NCBI GenBank assembly: GCA_002104945.1
Contig: MCFH01000058.1
Location: forward strand, 264,924 to 328,923
Direction of reading: 5' to 3'
Source: Piromyces finnis finn
Lineage: Eukaryota > Fungi > Neocallimastigomycota
DNA: 64,000 bases
Part shown: positions 23,646 to 38,400 of the stretch, piece after piece
How positions within the stretch are numbered: position 1 is the first letter of the stretch
Layout of the letters: each line of letters opens with the position of its first letter
Position numbers and translations under genes: made by a program
Notes under the pieces: generated by a model
Told to the model about the DNA's origin: nothing
What the model saw: only the letters and a program-made list of their open reading frames with translations
Database searches by the model: none

Positions 23646-26600
23646 ATTATGGGAGAAGGATAACTCCCAGTAATCAAACCAATTCAGATATTTGTTTTAA
23701 TTCAAATAAAACTTCTTTAAATAACAATAATAATAATGATAAAATAAATGAAAATATTATGTTTGTTAACAGTGACACTAATAAATTTGATGAACAAATC
23801 ATTTAATAATGATAATAATAATAATGATAATGGTATAAATGATTATGCTTATAATCAAAATAATTATGATATTTATAACAATAATAATAATATATATAAT
23901 AATAATATTTATAATGATAATATATATAATAATGATAATGTTTATATTAATAACGATACTTATAATAATGATATTTATGTCAATAGTCATAATGCGAATA
24001 TTAATAATGATACTGAGAGTTATAAAAATAATGATATGATTTATGATAACAATATTTATAATAAAAATAATATTTATAACAAGAAGAATATTTATAATAA
24101 TGAGGAATTTTATAATGAAAATGATAATAATAATAATAATAATATTCATAATGATGGTGATATTTATACAAATAATGATATTCATAACAGTAATAATATT
24201 AATAATATTATTAATGGTGATAAAAATAATATAAATACCAATAATGATGATGATGATGAATATGAGTATCATAAAAATAATAAAACTTATGAGAAGACTA
24301 GGAGAAATCATTATGATAATGAATTTAATAATAGAAATATAAAAGAAAGTAATTACAATAAATATAGTAATCTCAACATGAAGGAAGAAGTAGTAGCAGT
24401 CGCACAAAAGAATGAAAAATCAAATAAACCTAAGCGACTAACTCCATATAAGGATTCCGAAAGAAAGTTAAAAGAAAACCCTATTCCTTTTAGCACACCT
24501 GCTTTAAAATTAGCTAAACGAAAAATGAATAACAATAAAAATAATAAAAGCGTAGCTATGGATGAAGATACAGCATTGGAGGAAAATATTGAAACCAATA
24601 TTATGGATGAAAATAAAAGTCCAGATAATCATACAAAGAAGGGAAAACAGGTATCATTTTCTGAGGATGTGATACCAATTAAAGAATCAGAAATATTAGT
24701 TTTAGATGATAATATTAAAGAAGAAAATAACAAAATTGACAAAACCTTAGAAACTACTAATGATAATAATAACACAAATAAATTAAATTACCTAGATTTG
24801 TCTGTTATTAATAAACCCAATATTTCAAATGTAAAAAAATTAAGTAAACAAGAAAAATTAAATGAAATGAAGAATAACTTAAATGATAATATGAATGAAA
24901 CCCAATCTCTGAGTAAAACTAGTAATCCAAAATTAGAAAAACATATTAAAATGATGGAATTAATTGATGATTTCAAAATTAATGATTTGATAAAAGAAGT
25001 TGCCTCTACTGATGTAGTAACAAAGTTAGGTTATCTTTTAAACTTATTCCCGAAATTTAGATCCGAATTTATTAAAGCTCTGAAATTAAAAGAAATTGAT
25101 AAGAAATCTTTAATAAATGTTATGAATGTTATTGGAAGTCATAAAGTCATTAAGGTTAATGGATTTATAGAAAATCGACCAGCGGAAATATTCTTAGATT
25201 CTTGTGCTAGTGTAAACCTAATTACTACTGCTGCATTAAAGAAATTCAATATCAAGAAATTACCAGTTGGTAGAGTATCTGAAAAGATATTTCAAGTTTA
25301 CTCAAATAGTTCTATTGATTCAAATATCTATGAATTTAAGATTACAATAGGAAATCACACATTTACAGATCACTTTAGAGAGGTAGAAAAAGATGATATC
25401 TTTGATGTACTTGTTGGAATTGCTACATTGAAAAGAAATGATTTTATTTTAAATTTAGTTGACGATTCTTTATTACATGTTAATAATAATAATGAATGTA
25501 TTAAATTAGCACCTTTACTTTATGATGTAAATTTTAATAATTCAAATAATATTAATAAAGATGAAGATAAAAACTATATAGAGTGCGAGTTGAATAAATT
25601 TAATAATGTGTGTTCTATTAATAATGCCTCTGATAAAATTTCTAATTTAAGAGTTTCTGATTTTATAGATAATTGTGAAAGTAATATATCTTATGTTCCT
25701 AATAATATTACTACTAAAAATATTTCTATAACTCATAATAATATTTTATTTGAAAATTTCTGTTCTAGTCCACTTCCTGTTTTTATATCAATTGTTAAAG
25801 AAGATACTACTTCTAATATTTCTAATAGTGGTGATAATAATAAGAAGCAACTTATTATAAATGAAATAATAGATGAAATACCTATTTCTAGTAGGAATAA
25901 TATAAAACAACTATTTTCTGAGTATAGCGATGTAGTAGCAATAAAGACAGATGATTTAGGTCATTCTAAATTAATGCCACATAGAATAAATTTAGTTCCT
26001 GGAACCCAACCTATTAAACAACGTGCTTATAGATTATCTAAAGTGCAAGCTGATGCATTAAAAAATGAATTAATTAAGCTTATTGATAATAAATTAATTG
26101 TTCCTTCTAGTTCGTCATGGTCATCTTCAGTAGTTTTAGTACCTAAGAAAAATAATCAAATAAGAATGTGTGTTGACTATAGAAAGGTAAATAATTGCAC
26201 TATAAAAGATGCATATTCACTTCTTTGATTGATGATATTTTATACTATGTGGGTAATGCTACTATTTTATCTACTATTGATTTATTTTCTGGTTATCATC
26301 AAATACCTATGCATCCTGATGATAAAGACATAACTTGCTTCACTACCATATATGGTAATTTTAATTTCCAAGTTATGCCTTTTGGACTTTGTAATGCACC
26401 GGCCACTTTTCAACGTGAAATGAATCGAATATTTTTTGATTTAATTGGTGTATGTGTATTTGTTTATATAGATGATCTTGTTATTTATTCTAATTCATTG
26501 GAGCAACATTATGAAGACATTAAAAAAGTTTTTAAAATTCTACATAATAACGGTTTAAAAATTAATGTAGAGAAATGTCATTTTTTTAAAGAAGAAGTGG

Positions 26601-29008
26601 AACTACTTGGTCACACTCTTTCTACTAAAGGTATTAAACCTATTGATTCTAAGGTTCAAGTTATTATGAATTGGTTACCTCCGAAGAATATTAAACAACT
26701 ACGTTCATTTATAGGTGCTATTGGTTATTATAGAAAGTTCATTTCTAACTTTGCTCAAATTGCTAAACCTCTATATGATTTAACTAAGAAGAATGTTATA
26801 TTTAAATGGGATGATATTTCTAATAATGCTTTTGAAGCACTTAAAAATAAATTAGTCATCGCACCTATTCTTACTCCTCCAGATTTCAGTAAACAATTTA
26901 TAATACGTACGGATGCATCTAAATCAGGAATAGGTGGTGTACTTATTCAATTAGATGATGACGGTTTTGAAAAACCTCTCTATTTTGAAAGCAGAACATT
27001 ATCTAATTCAGAATTAAATTATAGTATTACTGAACTTGAAGGGTTAGCTGCTTTTTACTGTGTGTGTAAATTTAAACCATTTATAACTAGCAACAACCTT
27101 GAAACACTTTTGTATACTGATCATAAACCCTTGGTCTATATTTTTAATAGCAAAGAACCCTCATCAAGTCGTCATGTTAAATGGATAACAGAGTTCAGCA
27201 TTTTGAAGGTTAAAGTCTTATATGAAGAGGGGAGGAAGAATGTTATAGCTGATGCTTTATCAAGACTTCAAAGTAAATCAGAAAATGAAAATAATATTAA
27301 TAGTAATAATATAAATGAAAAATGTGATAGCGGAAAAAATAATAATATAAAGGATAAAATGGAAGAAAATATAATTAAAAATAAGAAAGAAGAATGTTCA
27401 TTATTTATAAATGATTATATAATATATAATAATAATATAAATAATGATTTATTTAATAATATTAATATTCCAGATAATAAGCTTGGAATAAGAAAGGAAA
27501 ATGAAGATAAAAATAAGAATTCAATGTCTTTAAATAACTCTAATGAAAATAAGATAAATGATAATATATTAATTAATGATAAAATTTACGTTAATAATTA
27601 TAATATTAATTATGATAAAAATAACAAACTGAATGATATGATATTAATTGAAAATTATAATGAAAATTGTAAAATAGATCTTGATTATATAAATAATGGA
27701 AATGATAATAATATAGAAAGTGATAATAATAGTGATATTTGTAAAGACAATAATAATGTTATGATAAATATTAATGAGAATAATAGCAAAAGAAATATGA
27801 ATGATAATTATCTATATATAAATACAAATAATAATAGAAACATGCTAAACAATTTTATTGAAGATTTTATAAATAAAAGATTTGTATATATTGATGGAGT
27901 TCAATATTATAAACAAAATGATTTATTAAGAAAAGTTATTACAAATAGTGATGAAAAATGGAAACTAATTAATGAAGCTCATTCTATTGGTCATGAAGGA
28001 ACATACAAGACATATCACAGACTAAGAAGAGATTATTTTTGGAAAGGTATGAAAAAGGATATTAAAGTATTTATTAAATGTTGTCATAAATGTCAAACAT
28101 ATAAACCACAACCATCTAATATGTATCCGGAAGATTTAGCAACTCCTCCAGGTTTACCATTTAGTAGAGTTGGTCTAGATTTAATAGGTCCGTTATATAC
28201 TACTGCTAGAGGAAATAAATATATAATTGTATTGGTAGATTATTTAACCAAATGGGTTGAAGCAGAACCCTTAATAAAAACTGAATCGGAGGATGTAATA
28301 AGATTCCTTACTAATGTATTTTCAAGACATGGTATACCAGAATTATTAATTACAGATAATGGACCACAATTCATATCTGATAAAACAAAAGCTTTTCTAG
28401 ATTTACATGATGTATATGTTCATTATATTAGTACCTATCATCCAGCCTCAAATGGAGAAGTTGAAAATAGAAATAGGGAAATATCAAAATACTTACGATT
28501 ATTAGGAAAGAAAAATAAAGATTGGGATGAAACATTACCTAGTGCATTATGGGCTCTTAGAACTGCAAAAAACGAAGTTACAAAATTTAGTAGTTTTGAA
28601 CTCTTATACGGAAGAAGAGACCTTCAACCATTTGAACTTAGTATCAATGTTGATAAAAGATTAAAAGAAGAAAATGAAGAAGAATATTATATTAGAAAAT
28701 TTATAAATCATAACCAATGGATTAAAGAAGCGATAAATAATATTGAAACAGCTAATGAGCTATGGAAAGATAGAAGAAGACAAATCAAAAGACTACGTAG
28801 TGAATTTAAGCCTGGTGATTTAGTTCTAATTAGAAGTTTTAATAGAAGAAAATTAGATCCTTATTACCTTGGACCTTTAAAAATTGTAAAACAACAATTT
28901 AATACTGTAACAGTATGCGACCCAATTACAAATGATATTGCAGAAAGAAATATTCATTTAAAGAATGTAATCCCCTATATTAGTAATTTTATTGAAATGA
29001 AACATTAA
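23642..29008 (+). pseudogene. pol: Pol of E3 (PR-RT-RH-IN, no chromodomain); frameshifts near 23805 and 26222
   Basis: ORFs 23748-26228 and 26195-29008; FLDSCAS (PR), DAYSL-LIDD junction missing one base, YIDD, RTDAS, H..H..C..C, TDNG, GPL at the GPY/F position. Confidence 0.9.
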
Positions 29009-29847
29009 TGAAAGATACGACGACTTCAAGGGACGAAGTCTTATCTAAAGTGGGGGCATCCTGATACAAGATGCATAGAAAAATATAATATTTTAAGTAT
29101 TTCATGAATAATATCTAATCCTTTTATAAATTGTATATCAATTACTAGTGTTAATAATAATTAAACTATATTAGTATAAATTATTATGACGCAAATGTTA
29201 CACATATATTAGAATAATTAATTACACAAGAAACGAAAAGATATAAAAATAGTGATAAAGAACAATATATAAAAGAAGAGAAAAAACTTTTCATATATAA
29301 ATAATATTTGATATTTTAGTTTTAAGTATAAGTTCTATTTTATTTTATTTTAGTTACAGTTTATTTTAGTTTAGTTTTAGGTCACTAATTACGTATTTAG
29401 TATTTATTTATCATATTTAATTCAGTTTAAAATATTAATTATAAAAGAAAAGAATAATTATTGTTTATTTTTATTATTTCAAAAAGTTATATTTTATTAT
29501 TAATAAGAATTTTATCAACGTATTTTTATATTTACATTTTATATTTAAGTATTTATATTCATTAAACAATAACTTTCGATTCTACTAGTATTGAATGTTA
29601 TTAATGTTATAATTATAATCATAATAATAATAATAATTAAATAAAGAAACTTTAAACCAAAATCTATTTAATTATATTATTATAAAATTTATTATTTTTA
29701 TTATTTGTTTTTATTATTTATTTTTATTATTATAAAATAGAAATAAATACAATATTATCTAATATATTATTCAACTCTCATTCCCTATTGCTAACGTTCA
29801 CAATTATATTTTATTTATGGTGTTTTTGAAATATATTGCATCATTTT

Positions 29848-30552
29848 TGTTAAGGAACCAACAAATAATGTTATTCTTGTCATAATTAATGATTATGACC
29901 TAATCCATTATTGTTCCTAAATGTATGAAAACTTTACAATATTCTTATTTGTAAATTAATGTATACACTTAAATTATATTTAAAATTATTAATAATTATT
30001 TTTATTGAACTTAAATTTTATTTTATTAAACTTAAAAATTAATTTAGTAATAATAATATATTGGAAATTATAGTTTATTGAACTTTTAGTTTAATTTATC
30101 AAGTTAATGAATTTTTATTAATTAAAATTATGAATAATATTTCTGTAAAATAGTAAAATTCTTTAGTTAAATATATTTAAAGTAAACTTTTAATGTATGT
30201 TAATCAATTTAATAATATGTATAAATATTTATTATAATAGTAATGTAATTTTATTATTCATTTAAAAGTAATTTAAATACTAAAATTAATGTAAATAATT
30301 AAAGACTAATTCTTTTAATTAACACTACTTAATTTTTTACAAAAAGTATAAAAAGGTGTATATTATAAGAATTAGAGAGGAGAGATATTTTTATTTATAT
30401 TTTTATTTTATTTTTATAATTTTATATTAATATCTTAATAAAACAATTTTATTAATAAAACAAATTTTCTTATTTCATTTTAATATTATTTTTGAGTATT
30501 AATAAATTTATTAATATTTTATAAATAAAATTAAATTCCTCGAACCATAACA
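29848..30552. repeat. Probable solo LTR (family K)
   Basis: TGTTAAGG...ATAACA, bounded by E3 and LTR C; no second copy to confirm. Confidence 0.5.
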
Positions 30553-30555
30553 TTT

Positions 30556-31366
30556 TGATAAATAATGAAATTAATAAATATAAAATTATTATACCTGATT
30601 TTTAAGTTAACCCTAAAAGTAACTTAAAACAAGTTATAGTTTAATTAAGTACTTTACCAAAATTCTTAAATAAAATTAATCCTAAACACTGCATATATTT
30701 TGATTATTGAAAGAAAATAATAAACTTTAATTAATCGAGATCAAAATATATAACTCTTGTTAAATTAATTGTTAAATTAAATATTTAATAACTTCGTTAG
30801 TAAATTACACTTTAATAAAAGTAAACAAATATAATAATTCATGTTATAAAATAATATAATTAAACACCTTTATTAAAACATTAAAAATAATTATTACTTT
30901 AATTAATTGTAAAATAAACAACTTTTTATATTCTTTAACTTTTAATTATTTCTTTTATTGTTATTTCTAATTACTTTTATTATTTTTATTGTAAATAGTT
31001 ATTAATTTTATTGTTTTAATGTAAATAGTTTAAATTTAAAAGAAAATATAAATACATGTAAATATTCTTATTTTAATCATTATTATTATTATTAATAAAG
31101 AAATATTATATAGTTAGATTAATATTTTATAATTTTAATAATCACTTTTATACTTAAATAAATAAAATTTTAAATATTTAAATATTAGAAAAACAAGTGT
31201 TACTAATAAAACAATTTAGTGTTTTAACAAAACAATTTTATTAATTTTTATAAAAACGATTTTAAATCTTAATCAATATAACTTATATAGTTATAACAAA
31301 AGATATAATATAATAATCACTTTTTGAAGTAAAATTCAAAATTAAGATTATTATCAAATTATATCA
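30556..31366 (+). mobile_element. Solo LTR, family C (E4 family), 811 bp
   Basis: Reverse complement of E4 3' LTR 34660-35470; TGATAA...ATATCA. Confidence 0.92.
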
Positions 31367-31370
31367 TCTG

Positions 31371-31960
31371 TGATATAAATTGGAATTAATAAATATGAAA
31401 TTATAATCTTGATATAAACTAACCCTCAAAACAACTTAAAAATAAATAATAAATAATAATAATATTAAATGTTTAATTAAAAGTAAAAAAATTATATATT
31501 AAAACTCAGTTTAAATTATATTTTTGTTATAAAATAAACATAGTATAAATAACATTTTAAATAGTAAAATAGTGTTATATTAATTAAATTAATTACTTTA
31601 AAATAAATTGTTTCTTTTATTTATTATTCATTATTATTTTAAAACATATTAATATTTTATTTTAAAAAGTTAAAACAGAAAGAAAATTATAAATACATGT
31701 AATTATTTCCTAATTTAAAAATCAATCAATACTTTTAATAAATGTATTAAATAAAGAGTTGATTCAAAAATATATTTTAAAATTGTGTTTTAAAACATAA
31801 CTTTTATATTTTGTTAATAATCGTTATGTCGAATTAAAATATTTCAAATAACTTTATAATAAAAATTTATTTTAAATCTTTTTTTTTTATAAATTGATAA
31901 GAATATTATCACTTTTATAATTATATAATTATAAATTAAGATAATATTAAACACTTATCA
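31371..31960 (+). mobile_element. Solo LTR related to families C/D (D2)
   Basis: TGATAT...CTTATCA flanked by TCTG on both sides. Confidence 0.75.
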
Positions 31961-31964
31961 TCTG

Positions 31965-32459
31965 TGGTAAAGAATGAAATTTATAAATAATGAATTAATA
32001 GAATAGCTGATTTTAAGATTATATAAGCTTAATATAAATTAAAATAATAGTAAATAATCAAAATAATATAAAATATAAATGTTTAATTAAATTTTAAAAA
32101 TGTAAAATATAAACAACTTTTGTTTATAAACAAACTTAAATGTAATTATTTATTATAATTAGAAATAGAAAATATTATTTTTAAAGATTGTTACTAATTA
32201 GCCAGGAAAATTAGAATATTTTAAAATTATAATAAATTAATATATTTTTTTTTTATAATACATAGCGAGATGTATTATACATTTATTTTAAATAAATAAA
32301 CTAATATTATAAAACAAGATGTGTTTTTAAAACTTTAAATTATATTTAATAATTATATAAACTTGTAGAATGAGCAAGTAAAAATAATTCATTCAATTAC
32401 ACACAAATATACCACTTTCTAAGCTTATTTAGAATTAAGGTATATTTGAACGTGTGTCA
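31965..32459 (+). mobile_element. Solo LTR, family E
   Basis: TG(G/A)TAAAGAATG...GTGTCA flanked by TCTG; other copies at about 46820-47190 and 59922-61394 (reverse). Confidence 0.82.
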
Positions 32460-32515
32460 TCTGTATGTATGTAAGAAATATTTGTGGCCATAAGTTTGCC
32501 CACAAATATTTCAAT

Positions 32516-33736
32516 TATAAAGTGGGCTAGGATTGGTATGTAACTTGGTCAGAATGTTTCATATAATATAACTTAATTTACTAATAAAATATTAAACTTA
32601 TTTATTATTAAATCTTTTCTTCAAAACTTATTAAAGAATTTAATTAATACTAATTTAAAATTAAATAGGTTTTTATATTTAAAATAAAAATTTTAATATA
32701 ATTTAATTATGAAATTTGTTTATTAATTATTTATTTATTAAGATAATATTTATTAAGTTATATTATAGTTAATAATTAATAATTAATAATCTTACAAAGA
32801 ATTTCAAAATTGATTTCAATTCTTTGTTTAAATACTTTTTTCTTACATATAATAAAATTACATTGATATTAATATTGATATTAATAATAAAGATAAAAAT
32901 AAAATAATTTTAAATTAAAATATTAATAATTGATATTGATATTAATAATATGAATTCATATGATAGATCTTAAGATTAATATTTTAAATTACTTTTAAAA
33001 TAAAAGTATTGTTTTAACCATTTTAAATTGTAAATATTTAATATTATAAATTGAGAATAACAATTACTGATACTAATTATATATTCTCATGATTAATTAA
33101 TTAATAATTATAACTAATGATTTTTGATCCAAAGGCTTTTTTGGTTTAATTATGATTGAGGTTATTAATCAAAATTATTTGAAAAATTATTAATTAATTT
33201 TTATAATTGATTAGGTTTATAATCAAGAATATTTATTATCTAACCTTATTTAATAATAATGGAGAATTTTTAAATTGAATTATTTATAGAAAGTTGGATG
33301 ACTTGAATAATGACTTTAATTATATAAATTAATATTAATCATTTTAATATATATTATTATATATTTATTGGAGCTAATTAAATCTTTAAATAGCTATATC
33401 TCAAGAACTAGTGGTCTAAATTAGCTGAAAATTTGTGAGAATATAGATCTCAACCAGTACTTTCTAATAAAATTGATTTGAATTCTCTAGAAAAGGAAAA
33501 TAGGACACGAGATTCAGAAGTTATCACTAGTTTCTTATAGTGCATTTTCTTCTCAAGGGTTAATTTATTGAAAATTAAATTTTTGTGATCCTTAACCCTT
33601 TTCAATATTAAATTTTTCCAAGTGATCTTTTTAATTATTTTTAAAAGTGTTTTATAATTTTTGAAATATAAATTTGATTTTTAAATTGTTTATTTGAATA
33701 TTTAATTTATTTTTTAATCGTCTTCTATTCTTGACA
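32516..33736 (-). repeat. Diverged chromovirus-type LTR (family G), boundaries approximate
   Basis: GGATTGGTATG...GGTCAGAATG block resembles family F; carries TAATAATCTTACAAAGAAT, similar to the self-priming motif; begins where an H fragment breaks at position 46. Confidence 0.5.
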
Positions 33737-33790
33737 TCGTGTTTATTCAGCTAGTTTTTATTATGTTTTTATGTGAGTAGCATATCATAG

Positions 33791-34655
33791 TGTAAGAAAT
33801 AATAATTATTTGATACATAATTAATATTTCTTAGTTAAAATCATTAATTATTAATCATTAATTAATGTTATTAATATTAGTTTATTTAAATAATTATTCT
33901 CATTTAAATTTATTTCAATTATTTATTTTCACTTAATTTTAATATCTTAAATTACATTTAGCCATTTAATTATATTATTCATTAATATTTTATTTAATAT
34001 TTTTATTAATTATATTTATGCATTTAATTAATTAATTTAATTAATTACTTTTATTTAACTTTATATTTTTATTAATTATATTTATTCATTTAATTAATTA
34101 ATTTAATTAATTACTTTTATTTAACTTTATATTTTTATCAAATATATTTAATTATTTATTTAATTAATTACTTTAAAATAATTATTCATTGTTTAGGAAT
34201 CAATATTTTAAGGTTTTTTCCAATTTCTAAAATAATTGGTTTTACTTAAAATATACGATGATCAATATGTATAGAATGTTGATCCAACTTTGTTTAGGTT
34301 TTTCTTCTAATCTTTTCATAAACAAAAAATTATTTTGTTAAGATTAGATAAAATTTTAATTTAAACTTTATATTTATTAAATAATATAAATAAGACTCTT
34401 GATTCTCTTCTAAGTAATCAAGAGTTATTATTATAAGAAACAAATTATAATAATAAAAGTGTTTTTAATTTTATTTTACTTAACTTAGTTATAATAAAAC
34501 ATATTAACTTATTAAAGTGTAAAATTATTTCTACTCTTATAATAAACTCGAACTTAAAGATAAGTATTAATATTTATTTTCTTTTTATTCTCAATTTATC
34601 AATAAATTGTAGTTAATAATTCTATTATATAATAATTTATAATGGAATTATTACA
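33791..34655. repeat. Possible solo LTR (family L)
   Basis: TGTAAG...ATTACA ends abutting E4; single copy only. Confidence 0.35.
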
Positions 34656-35483
34656 CAACTGATATAATTTGATAATAATCTTAATTTTGAATTTTACTTC
34701 AAAAAGTGATTATTATATTATATCTTTTGTTATAACTATATAAGTTATATTGATTAAGATTTAAGATCGCTTTTATAAAAATTAATAAAATTGTTTTGTT
34801 AAAACACTATATTGTTTTATTAGAAACACTTGTTTTTCTAATATTTAAATATTTAAAATTTTATTTATTTAAGTATAAAAGTGATTATTAAAATTATAAA
34901 ATATTAATCTAACTATATAATATTTCTTTATTAATAATAATAATGATGATTAAAATAAGAATATTTACATGTATTTATATTTTCTTTTAAATTTAAACTA
35001 TTTACATTAAAACAATAAAATTAATAACTATTTACAATAAAAATAATAAAAGTAATTAGAAATAACAATAAAAGAAATAATTAAAAGTTAAAGAATATAA
35101 AAAGTTGTTTATTTTACAATTAATTAAAGTAATAATTATTATTAATGTTTTAATAAAGGTGTTTAATTATATTATTTTATAACATGAATTATTATATTTG
35201 TTTACTTTTAAAGTGTAATTTACTAACGAAGTTATTAAATATTTAATTTAACAATTAATTTAACAAGAGTTATATATTTTGATCTCGATTAATTAAAGTT
35301 TATTATTTTCTTTCAATAATCAAAATATATGCAGTGTTTAGGATTAATTTTATTTAAGAATTTTGGTAAAGTACTTAATTAAACTATAACTTGTTTTAAG
35401 TTACTTTTAGGGTTAACTTAAAAATCAGGTATAATAATAATTTTATATTTATTAATTTCATTATTTATCAGTTTCTCGGCCTT

Positions 35484-38400
35484 TTAAGAATTAACTTCGT
35501 CCCTTGAAGTTAAATTTTGTTCTGGTAGAACGTAAGGAAAAATATTTTTAATATGTACATTTCTATCAAGTAGTTTTCCTGTATGTGGATCTTCAAGTAC
35601 AACAGTATTAAATTTTTGTTTATTAACAACTTTATAAGGACCATAAAAATAAGGATTTAATTTACTTTTTCCTATTAATCTTATCATAACATGATCACCC
35701 GGTTTATAAGTCTTCTTTAAAGCTTTGGATAAACCTATTCTATGTTCCCAATATTGATTAGCATGATTAGAATATTCAGTAGCTTGTTTTACCCAATTTT
35801 GATGCCTTAAAAATCTTCTAAAAATATATTCCTCTTCTGTTTCATTAGGATCTTTATAAATATCAGGAAACATTATTTCTAATGGCCATGTGTCTCTTCT
35901 ACCATATAATAATTCGAAACTACTAAACTTTGTTTTTGAATTTTTGGTAGTTCTAAGTGACCATAATGCAGATGGTAGATATTCATCCCATTCAGATTCA
36001 TTTTCAATTAAGAGTCTTAAAGTTTTTCCTATTTCTTTGTTTCTATTCTCAATCATACCATTAGATTGTGGGTGATGAGGAGAAACAAAATGAACCCATG
36101 ATCCATATAAATCAATCATCATTTTAGTAATATCAGAAATAAATGAACTTCCATTATCAGTAACAATTATTTCTGGTGGACCATGTCTTGTTATTACTTC
36201 TATTAAAAATTTTATTACTTCTTCTGATTTCATATTTGGAATTGCTTTAGCTTCAACCCATTTAGTGAAATAATCAACAAGGGTAATAATATAAGAATTT
36301 CCATGTTTAGTAAGTGGTAATGGGCCAACTATATCTAATCCGACTCTAGTAAATGGTTGTTCAATTGGGGTTATATTATCTTCAGTATTTTTAGGTAAAG
36401 GCTTAGGTCTACAAAGTTGACATTTTCTACAGGACTTTACCCACATTCTAACATCATTCCAAATACCAGGCCAATAATAAGATTTTAAAATTCTATTTGT
36501 GGTCTTTTCAGCACCTTCATGACCAACAGAATGAGCACGACTAATAATATCTTTTTTATCTTCATCTTTGTAAATAACTTTAAGATATAATTCATCTTTT
36601 TTATAATAAAGAGTATTATCAACAACTTGATAATTTTTAGTAAAATATTTTTTTATTCCTTCAGGTAGGTCTAAATCTCTTGGATTAAAATCAGACAAAA
36701 TTGCATAAGCACAATTTACTATTTCATCAGAATTTTTAGAAGGTAATCTTGAAAGGGCATCAGCAAAAACTTTTTTCTTTCCTTTATCATATTTTAATTC
36801 AATTTTATATTTATTAAATTCTTCAATCCATCTTGCATGTCTACCTTTTGATGGAATATTCTTTTTATAAAATCCAAGTAATGGTTTATGATCAGTAATT
36901 AATATGGTAGGATTTTTATTACTTATGATATATTGGCGAAATTGTAGAATTGCATAATAAATAGCTAATCCTTCAAGGTCAGTAACAGAATAATTCTTTT
37001 CTGAAGTAGATAAAGTACGACTAATACAACAAATTGGATGTTCCAATTTGTCCCCCTCCACCTGTAAGAGTACAGCACCAATGCCATTAGTTGATGCATC
37101 AGTACGAATAATAAATTCTTTATTAAAATCAGGATAACTTAAAATAGGATCACTTAATAGACATTGTTGGATATCTTCAAAAGCATTATTACATTCTTGT
37201 GACCAAATATATTCTTGGTCTTTCTTTAATAAATTAAAAAGAGAGCTTGCTCTAATAGAAAAATTTTGAATAAACTTGCGGTAGTAACTAGCTAAACCTA
37301 GGAATGATCTTAATTCATTAACATTTCTTGGAGCATTCCATAAAGCAATACTTTGAACTTTAGAAGGAACAGTTTTTAATCCGTTAGGTGTAAGTACATG
37401 TCCTAGTACTTCTACCTTTTCTTGAAAGAATTTACATTTTTGTAAATTAAGAGAAAGATTATATTTAGATAATATTTCAAAAACTTGTTGCAAATGATAA
37501 AGATGTTCTTCTGGTGATTTAGAATAAACAACAATATCATCAATGTAAACAAAAAGACATTTACCAATTAATGGTAAGAGAATCCTATTCATTTCTCGCT
37601 GGAAAGTAACGGGAGCATTAGTTAAACCAAATGGCATTACTTTAAAATTATAATTACCAAATTTCGTTGTAAAAGCAGTTTTTTCAATATCATTTGGGTT
37701 CATAGGAATTTGGTGGTAGCCAGAATATAAATCTAAAGCAGAAAATATTTTTGCACCATTAACAGAAGATATTAATTCATCAATAAAAGGAAGTGCATAA
37801 GAATCCTTAATAGTAATTTCATTAAGTCTTCTATAATCAATACACATTCTCCATTTACCATTTTTCTTTTGTACAAGTAAAACTGGAAATGACCATGGAG
37901 AGTGAGAAGGAGTAATTAAACCTTTATCAAGTAATGAAAGAATTTCACTTTTTAAAATATCAGCATGTTCCTTAGATAATTTATAAGGTTTTAATTTTAT
38001 TGGTTTATTAGTAGTAGTAATTATAGAATGAGGTTCTAAATCCGCAGTAGTTAATTGAGACATTGATGTAGCCATACAATTTTTATATTTATTTATAATG
38101 TGTTCAAATTTTGATTTAATATTATCAGGTGTTGAATTTAAGATTTCTTTTAACGTATCTTGAAATTCTTGGTTTTCTTCTTTTGAAATAATTATAGAAT
38201 TCATTAAGGGAATATCATTAGCATCATTATCATTACTATTGATAATGTTTGTAATTTTCTTTAAACCTTTTTTAGTTTTCTGGTATATATAATCATCATC
38301 AGGGTCAATAAATAAACTGTATTTCTTTTGAATACCTCTTCCAAAAATTATATCAAAGTATGGATTACTTTGTTCAATAATATAAAATTTTTCTAAAATA

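Larger units (their letters stand above)
20554..29843 (+). mobile_element. E3: full-length non-chromodomain Ty3/gypsy element, defective
   Basis: 782-bp LTRs 20554-21335 and 29062-29843 (TGATAC...GCATCA), T-run TSD, tRNA-Ala PBS, PPT AAAGTGGGGGCATCC. Confidence 0.97.

Noticed and set aside
22233-24976. Overlapping and antisense I/M-rich ORFs within E3 (likewise those overlapping E1, E2 and E4 coding regions)
   Set aside because: Shadow frames of Asn-rich gag/pol sequence.
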